64,000 nt of DNA from Zootoca vivipara (taxonomy: Eukaryota), in NCBI RefSeq assembly GCF_963506605.1, contig NC_083290.1:15314001-15378000 (forward strand). Direction: 5' to 3'. The notes below the pieces were generated by a model. That model did no database searches, had not been told where the DNA came from, and saw nothing but the letters and a program-made list of their open reading frames with translations. The position numbers were made by a program, and so were the translations under genes. Position 1 is the first letter of the stretch, and each line of letters opens with the position of its first letter. Of this stretch, positions 22,746-33,820 are shown piece by piece.

Positions 22746-23935
22746 TTTTTTTTAAATATATTTTTATTAATTTTCCAATTAAAACCAATTATATCACATT
22801 CATTATTTCAAATTATACACATATATATATATATCAATCAAACCGAATGTTATGCCAAATCGTCTAAAGAATTTTTTATTTGGGTTCCCATGCTTCAAGA
22901 AATTGGGGATTCCTCGCAACCGTCCACTGCCGTCTTTTTTCTAAAGTTCAAATCGTCCTCCAAGTTCATAATAATCCAGATCTTCCCCTTACAGTCACAT
23001 AGATGTTTTCCACTTTCAACCGATTGTTTCCCAGCTGCTGAGATAAATATCAAACAAGGTTTCACAAATGTTCTTTCTCCTGTGTGGGTTAATCAGTCCA
23101 GCCTCCCCATAAATCTTCTTAGTCTGGAGCTCCCTGTTGCGTCGAAGCAGCGCCATCTTAAAAAGCTCAAATCACTTTTCTTTTCTCTCATAGCCATGAA
23201 GATTAACGATCTTTATAAAATTTACAGCTTTTCCAGGCAGAAGACCCAAACATCAAACCATAAACTCTTGGTAAATTAATGGATCTCCTTGCCCTATAGC
23301 TGAACTTAGCTTCAGGTCGCTGCTCCAATTCAAAGTGCGTCACAGCTCATCCTCCGAACGCGTCCAGGACTCCTTCCGTCCGACTGGGGGGGGGGGCTTT
23401 TCTCATCGGCAACTCCACATCTTTAAAAAATATGCTCAGTAACAACAGTTTATAAAGTTCAACTCACACAGTCTTTTGCTTCTCTTTCACTCCAAACAAG
23501 CCAGGACATCGCGTCTGGGAAGGTACGAAGTAACTCATATGAAGAAGAAAAAAACTCAATTCCCTTATCGCTCCATCCCCATCAATCCTTCTTCCAGATG
23601 ATATACAGCCTTTGACTCCTCTCCCTCAGCAGCATAAATTTCTCAGCAGTAAACAGCGCTTCTTCCCCTCCTTCTGAAGTATGTCCATAGATTTAAGCCT
23701 AATTATCTTCTTTAACCATGGAAATCCCCGCCATGCAGATTAGCGTCCGGGAGTCCTGGCCCTCGTAAGTGCTTTTCAGCCCAAGCTCCCCCCACTCCAA
23801 AAACAGTCGGAGTGGGTCTGGGGGCATCGCGGGCCAGCGGCCCCTCTCCGTAACCCCCGGAGAGGGTAGGGGGTTGCCATTTACTCCCCTAGCAACCGCC
23901 AAATTCCTTACGAAGGTCAGAGGGATGGAAAACAG
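22746..23935 (-). mobile_element. ~1.2-kb poly(A)-tailed non-autonomous retroelement (L1-type mobilisation)
   Basis: Poly(T) plus tttatt at the left end, GC-rich right end, direct repeat GCCCTTTCCTT at 22735-22745 and 23936-23946. Confidence 0.6.
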
Positions 23936-24321
23936 GCCCTTTCCTTCTCTGGTCGGCCACTGTGAGAACAGGATGCTAGAATAGATGGGTGATTGCGTGA
24001 ACATTATTTTATGTTGGAACTACATGGGGCATTGGCCTCATCTAGCAGGCTCTTCTTATGCTCTTAAGATGTTCGTAGACAGTTTCTGTTGTTGGCATTT
24101 GTCTGTCTCAAGAGACAATGGAGTGCACCTTCTGGGGTGAAGTCAAATGGCTGCGTTAGCACCTGGGGCACACGCCTGAGCAGTGTGTATGGAGGTCCTA
24201 GGCTGCCTGTATGACAATACCCCCCACCCACCCACCCTCAGCCTCACTGATGTGGTCCAAAGGAAAGCAGAGCAATATGTTTGGCACCAGCTTGGCTGCA
24301 GGAATCATAGAATCATAGAGT

Positions 24322-24411
24322 CACAGCTGCCAAGTTTTCCCTTTTCTCGCGAGGAAGCCTATTCAGCATAAGGTAATTTCCCTTAAAAAAAGGGAGAACT
24401 TGGCAGCTATG
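24322..24411. mobile_element. 90-bp hAT MITE, same family
   Basis: Near-identical to 6446-6535; inserted in the CR1 tail. Confidence 0.8.
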
Positions 24412-24950
24412 TAGAGTTGGAAGAGACCACAAGGGCCATCCAGTCCAACCCCCTGCCAAGCAGGAAACACCATCAAAGCATTCTTGACAAATGGCTGTCA
24501 AGCCTCTGTTTAAAGACCTCCAAAGAAGGAAACTCCACCACACTTCTTGGCAGCAAATTCCACTGCCGAACAGCTCTTACTGTCAGGAAGTTCTTCCTAA
24601 TGTTTAGGTGGAATCTTCTTTCTTGTAGTTTGAATCCATTGCTCCGTGTCCGCTTCTCTGGAGCAGCAGAAAACAACCTTTCACACTATTCTATATGACA
24701 TCCTTTTATATATTTGAACATGGCTATCATATCACCCCTTAACCTTCTCTTCTCCAGGCTAAACATACCCAGCTCCCTAAGCCGTTCCTCATAAGGCATC
24801 GTTTCCAGGCCTTTGACCATTTGGGTTGCCCTCCTCTGGACACGTTCCAGCTTGTCAATATCCTTCTTGAACTGTGGTGCCCAGAACTGGACACAGTATT
24901 CCAGGTGAGGTCTGACCAGAGCAGAATACAGTGGTACTATTACTTCCCTT

Positions 24951-25163
24951 TACAGGTAGGTAGCCGTGTTGGTCTGGATCGAAGTAAAATAAAAAAATTC
25001 CTTCAGTAGCACCTTAAAGACCAACTAAGTTTTTATTTTGGTATGAGCTTTCGTGTGCATGCACACTTCTTCAGATACCTGAAGAAGTGTGCATGCACAC
25101 GAAAGCTCATACCAAAATAAAAACTTAGTTGGTCTTTAAGGTGCTACTGAAGGAATTTTTTTA
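24951..25163. mobile_element. Penelope-like element remnant with inverted pseudo-LTRs
   Basis: Perfect 85-bp inverted repeat (24990-25074 / 25079-25163). 13-bp TSD TATTACTTCCCTT (24938-24950, 25164-25176). Inserted in CR1. Confidence 0.8.
25040..25079 (-). ncRNA. Minimal type I hammerhead ribozyme within a Penelope-like element
   Basis: Minus strand reads GGUAU-CUGAAGA-A-GUGUG-CAUG-CACAC-GAA-AGCU-C-AUACC: stem I GGUAU/AUACC, core CUGAnGA and GAAA, stem II hairpin, palindromic AGCU stem III, UC cleavage site. Confidence 0.72.
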
Positions 25164-25974
25164 TATTACTTCCCTTGATCTGGATGCTATACTCCTATTG
25201 ATGCAGCCCAGAATTGCATTGGCTTTTTTAGCTGCTGCATCACACTGTTGACTCATGTCAAGTTTGTGGTCTACCAAGACTCCTAGATCCTTTTCACATG
25301 TACTGCTCTCAAGCCAGGTGTCACCCATCTGTGCCTTTCATATTTATTTATTTATTGCCCAAGTGTAGTACTTTACATTTCTCCCTGTTAAAATTCATCT
25401 TGTTTGCCTTGGCCCAGTTGTCTAATCTGTTAAGGTCATTCTGAAGTGTGATCCTGTCCTCTGTGGTATTAGCCACCCCTCCCGATTTGGTGTCATCTGC
25501 AAACTTGCTCAGGATGCCCTCAAGCCCATCATCCAAGTCATTGATAAAGATGTTGAATAAGACTGGGCCCAAGACAGAACCCTGTTGCCAGAAGGAGGCG
25601 TACAAGGCGCCATCCAACTTGGGGACTCCACTCCAGATTTGAGTATACTCCAGTCTTTCTTTTCCCGAAGATATCCTGCAAGACAGCAGAGGTTTAGCAC
25701 CAGAGTTTTCCTTCTCCTAGATGGGCTCCCTTCCCAGGTTGACGAGTCTTATCTGCTCCTCACTTTCTTCTGCAGCACGTTCAGAAACTGCCTTCTTGAC
25801 CATTGGTCACAAGACTGGTCTCGTCCGTTCAATCTTCTGGAGCCTGTCATTGCATGCAGGAAAAGCCCCTAACCCACCAAGGGTTTTAGACCCACCAGAT
25901 ACCCTCATTTGGCATAGCCAGCCAGTCGAAGCCATTGCAGGGGTGTGGCTGCTGTCACATGCTGACAACTTTTA

Positions 25975-26778
25975 GGCGAGATGACCCCCCCCCGGCCAAT
26001 CATATTTCAAACACGGCACCGGCCCCCCAGGGGTGCCCCAGCGGGCGTAGCCCCGCCGGCGGCCTCCCCCCTCCCTGCACACCGCCAGATGACCGGTGGG
26101 GCGCAACCAGCTACCAACCCCACAGCTCTGCCGTCGCCACCCCCCGCCCCAATTGGCGCATGCCCCCCTCCCCAACCCTCCTCGACCTGCCCCCCCGTGG
26201 GCAGCTGGGCATGGCGGTGGCGGCGCTGCCACCTCTGCCACTCCGGGTGGGCCGTGAGCCTCCCGTCCCGTGCGGGGAGTCCCGAGGCAGGCAGGCAGGT
26301 GCGAGGGTCTACAACCGGAGCGCTGGAAGGGCGCGCAGAGTCTTGCTCTGCTCCAGCGCTGCGCTTCTCATCCCCCGCTCGCTTTCCCACCGTCGCCCCG
26401 AGGGGCGGCCAGCGCGGGAGGTAGGCGGCCCCAGAGGCAGAGAGGTGCGAAGGTGGCCCTGCCTGCCAGGTCCCTTCCCCAGCCCCGGGTGGGGTGGCGC
26501 GGGTGGTGGGGCGTGGCGCTCCCGGCCTCCGCGAGCGCCTGTTGCAGCCCAGAGCTTCCGGGCGCCACGGCAGGCACTCTCCTGCCTGCCTGCAGCCCTG
26601 GCGGCGCATTGTCGCGCTCTTGCTTGCTGTGCTGGTGGAGAGGGAAGGTGCTGCTGGAGCCCTCTCCCTGCCTTCAGGGCACGGCGGCAGGGGGGTGGGG
26701 GGCAGGCTGGCCAGCGCCCCCTCCATTTTGGCGCCCTAGGCAACTGCCTAGTTTGCCTTAATGGACGCGCCGGCCCTG
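25975..26778. mobile_element. GC-rich hAT-like non-autonomous element (one clear terminus)
   Basis: Ends ...GGCGCCCTAGGCAACTGCCTAGTTTGCCTTAATGGACGCGCCGGCCCTG. The overlapping ORFs are low-complexity. Confidence 0.55.
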
Positions 26779-28568
26779 GTCACAGGTGAGGGCTGAGTGG
26801 ACGGGTGGGGACCAAAGGTGGACAAGCTTCCCTGGAAGGAGCACAATCTGTTCCCCACCAGAGGTGCTCCCCCCACCAACATCCTATATACCCAGGACAG
26901 TCTCTACAAACCCTCAGAAAATGGTGGAACTAGAGAAATATTAAATCCAAATGGGGAAGGGGGGGGGAAGAAAGCCCAAAATGTGTGAATGTTTTCCCCT
27001 TCTCTCTCCAAACAATCTGAAACAAGGGTCTTGAAAGCGGCAAATCCTTGCAGAAATATGGATAAGGGTGAGTTCCGTGTTGCCCAACTGGGTTCCCCAG
27101 TGGGCAAAAGAGGGTTATAACTCAGTTTGGCAGGTTTGCAAGGGAGGAAGGGATGGCCGAGACAGAGAGAGAGAAAATGCTTCTTTCTGTAAAGGACCTA
27201 ACTAAAGTTGACTTAGCCTAATGGAGAAGAGAAGGATATAAAAACAGGTCCTGGTGATTTAATAAGACGTGCATGCATGCCATCTAGAGAACAATGGGTG
27301 TGGGCCATTTAGAGATCAAGGCTCCAGATAAATACCGACTTCCTGCCCACCATTAATGGAGTCGCAGGACCTCTTGGCTTCAACAGCTTCCTTGTGGGCA
27401 GAAAAGCCCCAGCTTGGGAGTCTCCCCGGCCAAATGGGATTCTTGCCTTCAAGGCAAGATTGCCACAGCTCACAGCCCTGCGGGTGAAACATCGATGCTC
27501 CATTAAAGTTTTATTTTTATTTGCATTTTGCACCTGGTTTACAACCTGCACCAACTTCCTTGTGCTCTTTTTTAAGGAGTCACTGTTTATTTTAAAACAC
27601 CAAAGTTTACACAGAGAGGGCACCTCCCTCTCTCTTTTTACAGGACGAATGTGGGTGGGGTTTGCAGAAGCTGAACAAAGGTGTATAAGCACAGATTTAC
27701 CGGTATGCTTTTGGAAATGTTACATAGCTTCATGCTAGCTTGGGTTGATGGAAGTTGGGCGTCCAGCAACATGGAACTGACTCCCTCAGAAAGGCTCTAC
27801 TTTATTGAAGGTTTTTAAGCAGAGGTTGGATGGGGGGCCTGTCAGGGATTATTGAGCTGTGTCCTCTGTTGCTACCAGCCGAATAAAGAGCATGAAATTC
27901 ACTCTCGCCTCCAAGTATATTTCACTGTGGCTCCTGGATAGCAGGGGGGTTGGACTGGAGGAGGCCCCTTCCAACTCTATTTCGGTGATTCTGTAATTCC
28001 ATGATTCCATATCCTCCGACATTTCTCTGACATTCTCTTCCACATCAATTAGCTTCTCCTGCGTTTGATCTCGCTGCAAACATATACATCATATTCACAT
28101 CTACATCAGTCACCTTGAGCAGCAGCGGAGCTTCATGCTCCGTCACCGGGGGCGGAGAGCAGGTGCGCTGCCCCCAGTGATGTGGCGCGTGTTCTGGGGG
28201 CGGGGGGGGGGCACCATGCGCAATGACATGGTGCACATTTTGGGGCAGGGTATGCCATGCGCAGTGACGTGGTGCACGTTTTGGGGCGGGGCGCACCACA
28301 CGCAGGGGCGGAGCGCACGTTTTGTGGGCGGGGCAGGCAGCGGCGATGGCGCCCCTGGGATCACGTCACTCGGGGCGCACCACCCCCACCACCCCTATCT
28401 TCCTACACCCCTGACCTTGAGCCAATTACAACCTCTCAGTTGAACCTACCTCACAGGACTGTTGTAAAGAAAAAAATGTGCGAGCGAAGGGAATGTGTGT
28501 AATACCTTCAACATATAAATGGATTTTTTTTAAAAAATTAAGCTGTAAGCTGCCTTCAGTCCCTGTCA

Positions 28569-29102
28569 GCAGCTAGAATTGTATTAGCAAGGAATTGGAA
28601 ATCCGAAGATATACCTACGGTGGGTGACTGGCAGATGAAGCTGATAGAATTCATGGAACTGTCTGAACTGACTGGGAGACTCCGGGACCAGGGAGAAGAA
28701 TCAGTGGAAGGAGATTGGAAGAAATTGAAAGTTTATTTAGAAAAGAACTGTAAGATTAGTAATATTCAATAAAGGATTTGGAAGTATAAGGAGGTTGCAG
28801 AAGTAAGTTAGATTAATGTATTATGCGTTAAGGTTTTGATATATGATAAGATGTTATTTAGCTCTTAAGACTAAAATTAGATCATGAGGTTTTGAAAATT
28901 TTTGATTGAAAAGGGGTTAAGAGTAATATTTAGAATTGATAATTAAAAAAATAGAATGTTATTAAGATTTAGAAAGTGCTAAATAAGTGATATATAGAAA
29001 CGTAGAAGGGAGGGAAAAGAGGAAGTCGACAAAGATATGGCTTATAAGATTGAGTGATGCATTTTTGTGTCTGTAATTTTCCTGTTTTTGTTGTTTGAAT
29101 AT
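28569..29102 (+). mobile_element. L1-clade LINE 3' end (ORF2 C-terminus plus AT-rich 3' UTR), runs into a gap
   Basis: Translates AARIVLARNWKSEDIPTVGDWQMKLIEFMELSELT...DWKKLKVYL*, a typical squamate L1 ORF2 tail. Confidence 0.75.
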
Positions 29103-29249
29103 NNNNNNNNNNNNNNNNNNNNNNNNNNNNNNNNNNNNNNNNNNNNNNNNNNNNNNNNNNNNNNNNNNNNNNNNNNNNNNNNNNNNNNNNNNNNNNNNNN
29201 NNNNNNNNNNNNNNNNNNNNNNNNNNNNNNNNNNNNNNNNNNNNNNNNN
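29103..29249. other. Assembly gap (N run)
   Basis: N bases. Confidence 1.
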
Positions 29250-29986
29250 GAACGTACCAGAGAGTAAATCCCATTGAACTCAATGGGACTTAGATCTGAG
29301 TAAAAATGCTTAGGATTTCAGCGTGAAGCTGCACAGTCTTTACCCAGTTACCTGAGAGTAAGCTCCATTGAATACAGTGGGACTGACTTCTCAGTAGACA
29401 GCGTAAGGCTCCATTTACAAAAAAGGAATAAACACGTTTCCTAAAAATGGCCGGCTGCCGAAGCATTGCAATTTAAAGTGGATTGGTGACATTTTCCTTC
29501 AAAATTATAGGAAAGGCTTCATACGCCAGCTTTTCACCATGTCTTTCATTTGGTGCAGGAATTTTATTTTCAGTATAAACAGGACTCTATTTTTGCAACT
29601 ACACACACACGCCACTTTTAATTGTTCTCCGAGATGTGGAGGGGAGGGGAAAGGGAAATCGTGACATTGTGGGATCAAAACAGAAACTGGGACTGCTTCT
29701 GTAATTTTGGGACTGACCCTGGAAAACAGGGATACTTGGGAGGGTACGTGATTTGATCTGCCAAAGGTTGATATATATGGCTGGAGAACCGGTGGACTTC
29801 CAGATCTTGCTGGACTGACTGCAATTCCCACCATTTAGTACCAAACGCCCCCCTGAGTTTATACTCCGGCAAGGAGTGACTTGCAAGAAGCATCCTGCAA
29901 CTTCTTTGTTCTCCCCGTATACGAGTCCTATAGAAGTGAGAAACCTTTCCCCTCCTGAAGTGAGAGGTGCGCCCCCCACGTAGCAG

Positions 29987-30637
29987 TCAAACATAGTCTT
30001 TCCGGGCATAGCTGCCTGGGGTGGAGTGCCTCCCCCCGGCCCAGTATCTCACCGGGTAAGGTTTGGTGCTCCCCTTCTGTGGGCAGTGGCAGCACAGCAT
30101 GGCCCCTCCGAAGACCAGGAGGGCACTGGCTGCCCAGCCCACATAGAGCGAGATGCCCAGCTCTCGCTTCAAGGCCTCGGGCACCAGGGGGTTGTAGAAA
30201 TTGCTGACGATGGTGCTGGCGGACCAGGAGATGGGGATGAGCAGAGCCAGTCCGGCCAGGATGAACCCCCCACCGGCCACTGCCGAGACTCTCCCCTTGG
30301 CCTCTGGGTCCTCCACGCAGCGGGTGCACTCGGCTCCGGTGATGGCCACGAGCAGGGCCAGGGCGGAGATGGCGATGGAGACTACCACCAGGGCGCGGGC
30401 CGCCTGAAGGTCAGCGGGGAGGTCCAGCAGGGAGTCGTATACCTTGCACTGCATCTGGCCGGTGCTCTCGTAGACGCAGTTCATCCACAGCCCTTCCCAG
30501 AAGACCTGGGCTACAATGATGTTGGAGCCAATGAAGGCCGTCACTTTCCACATGGGCATGGCACAGGCCAAGATGGTACCCAGGAAGCCCAGGACTGACA
30601 GCACCAGGCCTCCCACCTGCAAGGCCAGGACCGCCAT
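29987..30637 (-). CDS. Additional classic claudin (claudin-3/4/6/9-like paralogue), 216 aa
   Basis: Single-exon ORF with W-(x)-GLW-C-C ECL1 signature, four hydrophobic segments, ECL2 [13 protein letters not shown] and PDZ tail -DYV. Strong acceptor just upstream of the ATG. AATAAA (minus) at 29563-29568. Confidence 0.95.
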   Translation of the reverse strand: MAVLALQVGGLVLSVLGFLGTILACAMPMWKVTAFIGSNIIVAQVFWEGLWMNCVYESTGQMQCKVYDSLLDLPADLQAARALVVVSIAISALALLVAITGAECTRCVEDPEAKGRVSAVAGGGFILAGLALLIPISWSASTIVSNFYNPLVPEALKRELGISLYVGWAASALLVFGGAMLCCHCPQKGSTKPYPVRYWAGGRHSTPGSYARKDYV

Positions 30638-30825
30638 CGTGCTCCCACCTGCTGGGGAAACAGCACAGAGGGGGGTTAGGTTGGAAGCAGGAGCCTTGGT
30701 GTCAGGAGAATGCCAGATGAAGCTTCCCAGTTTTTTTGAGGGTCTGGATTGAGGGGGTTCTGAATACAGTGGAACCTCAGTTTTGGAACATAATCCGTTC
30801 CGGAAGAACGTCCGACTTCCAAAAT

Positions 30826-31049
30826 AAAAAATTCCTTCAGTAGCACCTTAAAGACCAACTAAGTTATTATTTTGGTATGAGCTTTCGTGTGCATGCACAC
30901 TTCTTCAGATACAGTACACAGTGAAGAAGTGTGCATGCACACGAAAGCTCATACCAAAATAATAACTTAGTTGGTCTTTAAGGTGCTACTGAAGGATTTT
31001 TTTAAATTTTGCTTCGACTCAGACCAACACGGCTACCTACCTGTAACTA
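30826..31049. mobile_element. Penelope-like element remnant with inverted pseudo-LTRs
   Basis: Same family. 13-bp TSD CGACTTCCAAAAT (30813-30825, 31050-31062). Inserted in a Tc1/mariner MITE. Confidence 0.8.
30875..30912 (-). ncRNA. Minimal type I hammerhead ribozyme, second copy
   Basis: Same core as 25040-25079 with a 4-bp stem I (GUAU/AUAC). Lies on the sense strand of the extra claudin's 5'-UTR intron. Confidence 0.62.
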
Positions 31050-31313
31050 CGACTTCCAAAATGTTTGAAAGTGGAAGCGTTTCCGTCCAGAAAACTCAAT
31101 ACCGAAGCTGTGTGGCATTTTTGGCTTCCGAAAAGCGTTCAAAAACAGAAGCAGTTATTGCTGGGTTTTGGGCATTCAATAGCCGAAATGTTAGACTTCC
31201 GAGACGCTCAAAAACGGAGGTTCCACTGTATATTGTCAGGAGCTGGAGTCAGGAGTAGGTCAGCAATAAAATACCTGGTTTCAGTGAAGTTGACTCTTTA
31301 TTCAAAGAAGCTA

Positions 31314-31448
31314 NNNNNNNNNNNNNNNNNNNNNNNNNNNNNNNNNNNNNNNNNNNNNNNNNNNNNNNNNNNNNNNNNNNNNNNNNNNNNNNNNNNNNNN
31401 NNNNNNNNNNNNNNNNNNNNNNNNNNNNNNNNNNNNNNNNNNNNNNNN
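31314..31448. other. Assembly gap (N run)
   Basis: N bases. Confidence 1.
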
Positions 31449-32604
31449 CATTTGAGCTCTGCCCTTTAGATACTTTTAGCTAATGAGATACCTTTTCAAG
31501 AAGGGCAATTTGCCAAACCCTAGAGCGCCAGCAATCATCCAAATTATTAAAGGTTTTCCAGGATTCGGCAACACAGCCCCAGGCTGCCGCCAAGAGATGA
31601 ATATTAAGTTATTTACTTCTCATATCCCGCTCCATTTTTGTATACAGGTTCAAATTTGCCAGGTGGGAAGATGGAGCAATCATTTGCTGAATTATCAAAG
31701 AGATCTCAGCAAACACCTCCACCCCAAATGCCTGTTTTTCTGGCCGCCACACCTGGCAGGGAGCGGGTGCGAGGGGGTGTAGCTCAGGGGGTGTAGCTCA
31801 GCTGCTGCCGGCCCTAGGAGACCAGTCTCGGCTTCTGTCTCAGAGAGGAGGAGGCCTAAGAGCTCCCATGGAGTCTGTGTTGCATTGCCACCTCTTGAGC
31901 AATGGTGCTGGCCATGAGGGAGGAGTGCTTCTATTTGCCCTCCCCACCCTAGATGGCGGCCGATGTGAAGCCATGAGGTGGCCTGAGGCAAGAGACTGCC
32001 AGCCTGCCTGCCTCAGCCCTCTCGTGGGAACAGTGGTGTTCAAAAACATCTCCACTTAAGAAAGAAGCTGTAGGTGTGAGGAAAGAACTTGCTGTCACTC
32101 CAGAATGATGTTGCTAGACCGTGGCTCTCACCATTTCCCCTGCTGGCTGCTGGGAGTCTCCAGAAGGCCGCAGGGCCCTGCGGATAGTATGGAACTGTTT
32201 ATGTGAGAAGGATGGAGACAGACTAATTGATGCATCCCAACCAGAGACTTGCCTGGCCTCCCCTCCACACAGCTCCAAATGGCTTATATTTTATAGAAAC
32301 ACGGACTTCTGTGGCCCCCACTATAATGCTGAAGCGAGACATCCCAACCAGTATAAGACCGGCATCTGCTGACCATGCCCCATTGACTGGTCAGGATTTC
32401 TACCGTGAATGTTTAGAGCTTCAAAAAGAGAGAGAAGGGGAGGAGAAAGTAAGAGAGAAAGCATTTCCTTTCGAGCATTTCCTTTGCTTAATTTCTCATC
32501 TGGTCTGCTGATGTGGCTTGACTGGAATGTGTAGAAACACATAATTGACTCGAGATTCGGTGAGCATCGTTAAGCTATGGAACTTGCTGCCACAGGAGGC
32601 AGTG

Positions 32605-33160
32605 AAAAGGGTATAGTGAAAAGGTTCAGAAAAGGGCATCTGGAATGATCCAGGGGTTGGAGTGGCTCCCCTATGAGGAAAGGCTGCTGTGTTTGGGGCA
32701 TCACGGAAAAGGCGAGTGAGAGGTGGCAGGATAGACGCTTATGAAATTGTGCATGGCAAGGAGAAAGTGACGAAAGGCCATCTAATCCAACCCCATGCAA
32801 TGCAGGATAGAGAAGTGGATTGAGGGGGGAAATTCTCCCTCTCTCATAATGTTGAAACTCAAGGACATGTCATGAATCTGAATGCTGGAAGATTCAGGAC
32901 AAAGAAAATAAAGTCCTCCACATCACAAACAGTTAAACCATGGAACTCATTTCCACAGGAGGTGGTGATGGCCACCAACTTGGATGGCTTTAAAAAAAGG
33001 ATTGGACGAATTCACGGAGGATGAGACTATTGGTGGCTACTAGCCACGGCGGCTGTGATCTGACTCCAGCAAAGCTTCTGAATGCCAGTTGCCGGAAACC
33101 CCAGGAGGGGAGAGGGCTCTTGTGTTTGGGTCCCGCTTGCTGGGTTCCCCCAGGCACTTG
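32605..33160 (+). mobile_element. CR1 3' fragment and UTR
   Basis: aaggttcagaaaagggc...gattcaggac...ggccaccaacttggatggcttta. The same CR1 3'-UTR recurs near 1-200, 10280, 14490, 22510, 39700, 45520, 48350, 60365 and 62645. Confidence 0.7.
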
Positions 33161-33288
33161 GATGGCCACCAGCTGGAGCTGATGGGAGCGGTTGTCTGCC
33201 AACTTTTGGAGGTTCAATCGCCAATGACATCTCCAGGGAGGGTTGTGAGAGACGACTGCAGTCTAAAATCCTGCCCATCACTTTAGAC

Positions 33289-33669
33289 CAGGGGTGGCCA
33301 ACTCCAAAGAGACTGCGATCTACTCACAGAGTTAAAAACTGGCAGTGATCTACCCCCTTTTGGGGGGTTCAGGTCAAAGTTGTTAAGCTTTTTTAGGGAG
33401 GAGGAAAGCCCCATTTTTTAGGGGTTCAGGTCAAAGTTGTTGAGATTTTTTTAGGAAGGAGGAAGGCCCATTTTTAGGGATTCAGGTCAGAGCTGTTGAG
33501 CTTTTCTGAGGTGGGAGGAAAGCCCTCTTTTGGGGGGGTGAAAGGCTAAAATGTTGAGCATTTTTTAGGGGAGCCAAAGTTGTTGAGCTTCTTTGGGGGG
33601 AGCCAGTGATCTACCACAGATGTCCAGTGATCTACCGGTAGATCACGATCTACCTGTTGGACGTGCCTG
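33289..33669. mobile_element. hAT non-autonomous element with internal ~58-bp tandem repeats
   Basis: CAGGGGTGGCCAAC...GTTGGACGTGCCTG; TSD CTTTAGAC. Confidence 0.8.
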
Positions 33670-33684
33670 CTTTAGACCATAGAC

Positions 33685-33820
33685 CAGGCATCCCCAAACT
33701 GCGGCCCTCCAGATGTTTTGGCCTACAACTCCCATGATCCCTAGCTAAGAGGACCAGTGATCAGGGATGATGGGAATTGGAGTCCAAAACATCTGGAGGG
33801 CTGAAGTTTGGGGATGCCTG
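33685..33820. mobile_element. ~136-bp hAT MITE
   Basis: CAGGCATCCCCAAAC TIR; same family as 18866, 35283 and 46748. Confidence 0.8.

Larger units (their letters stand above)
24302..25584 (-). mobile_element. CR1 LINE 3' fragment (RT C-terminus and tail)
   Basis: Minus-strand ORFs [19 protein letters not shown]...KFADDTK and [19 protein letters not shown]; (ATTCTATG)n tail. Confidence 0.92.
30767..31228. mobile_element. Tc1/mariner MITE interrupted by a Penelope-like insertion
   Basis: TA|CAGTGGAACCTC...GAGGTTCCACTG|TA. Confidence 0.8.

Noticed and set aside
25935-26789. Several 140-284-aa overlapping ORFs
   Set aside because: Low-complexity Pro/Gly/Arg frames from a GC-rich hAT-like element.
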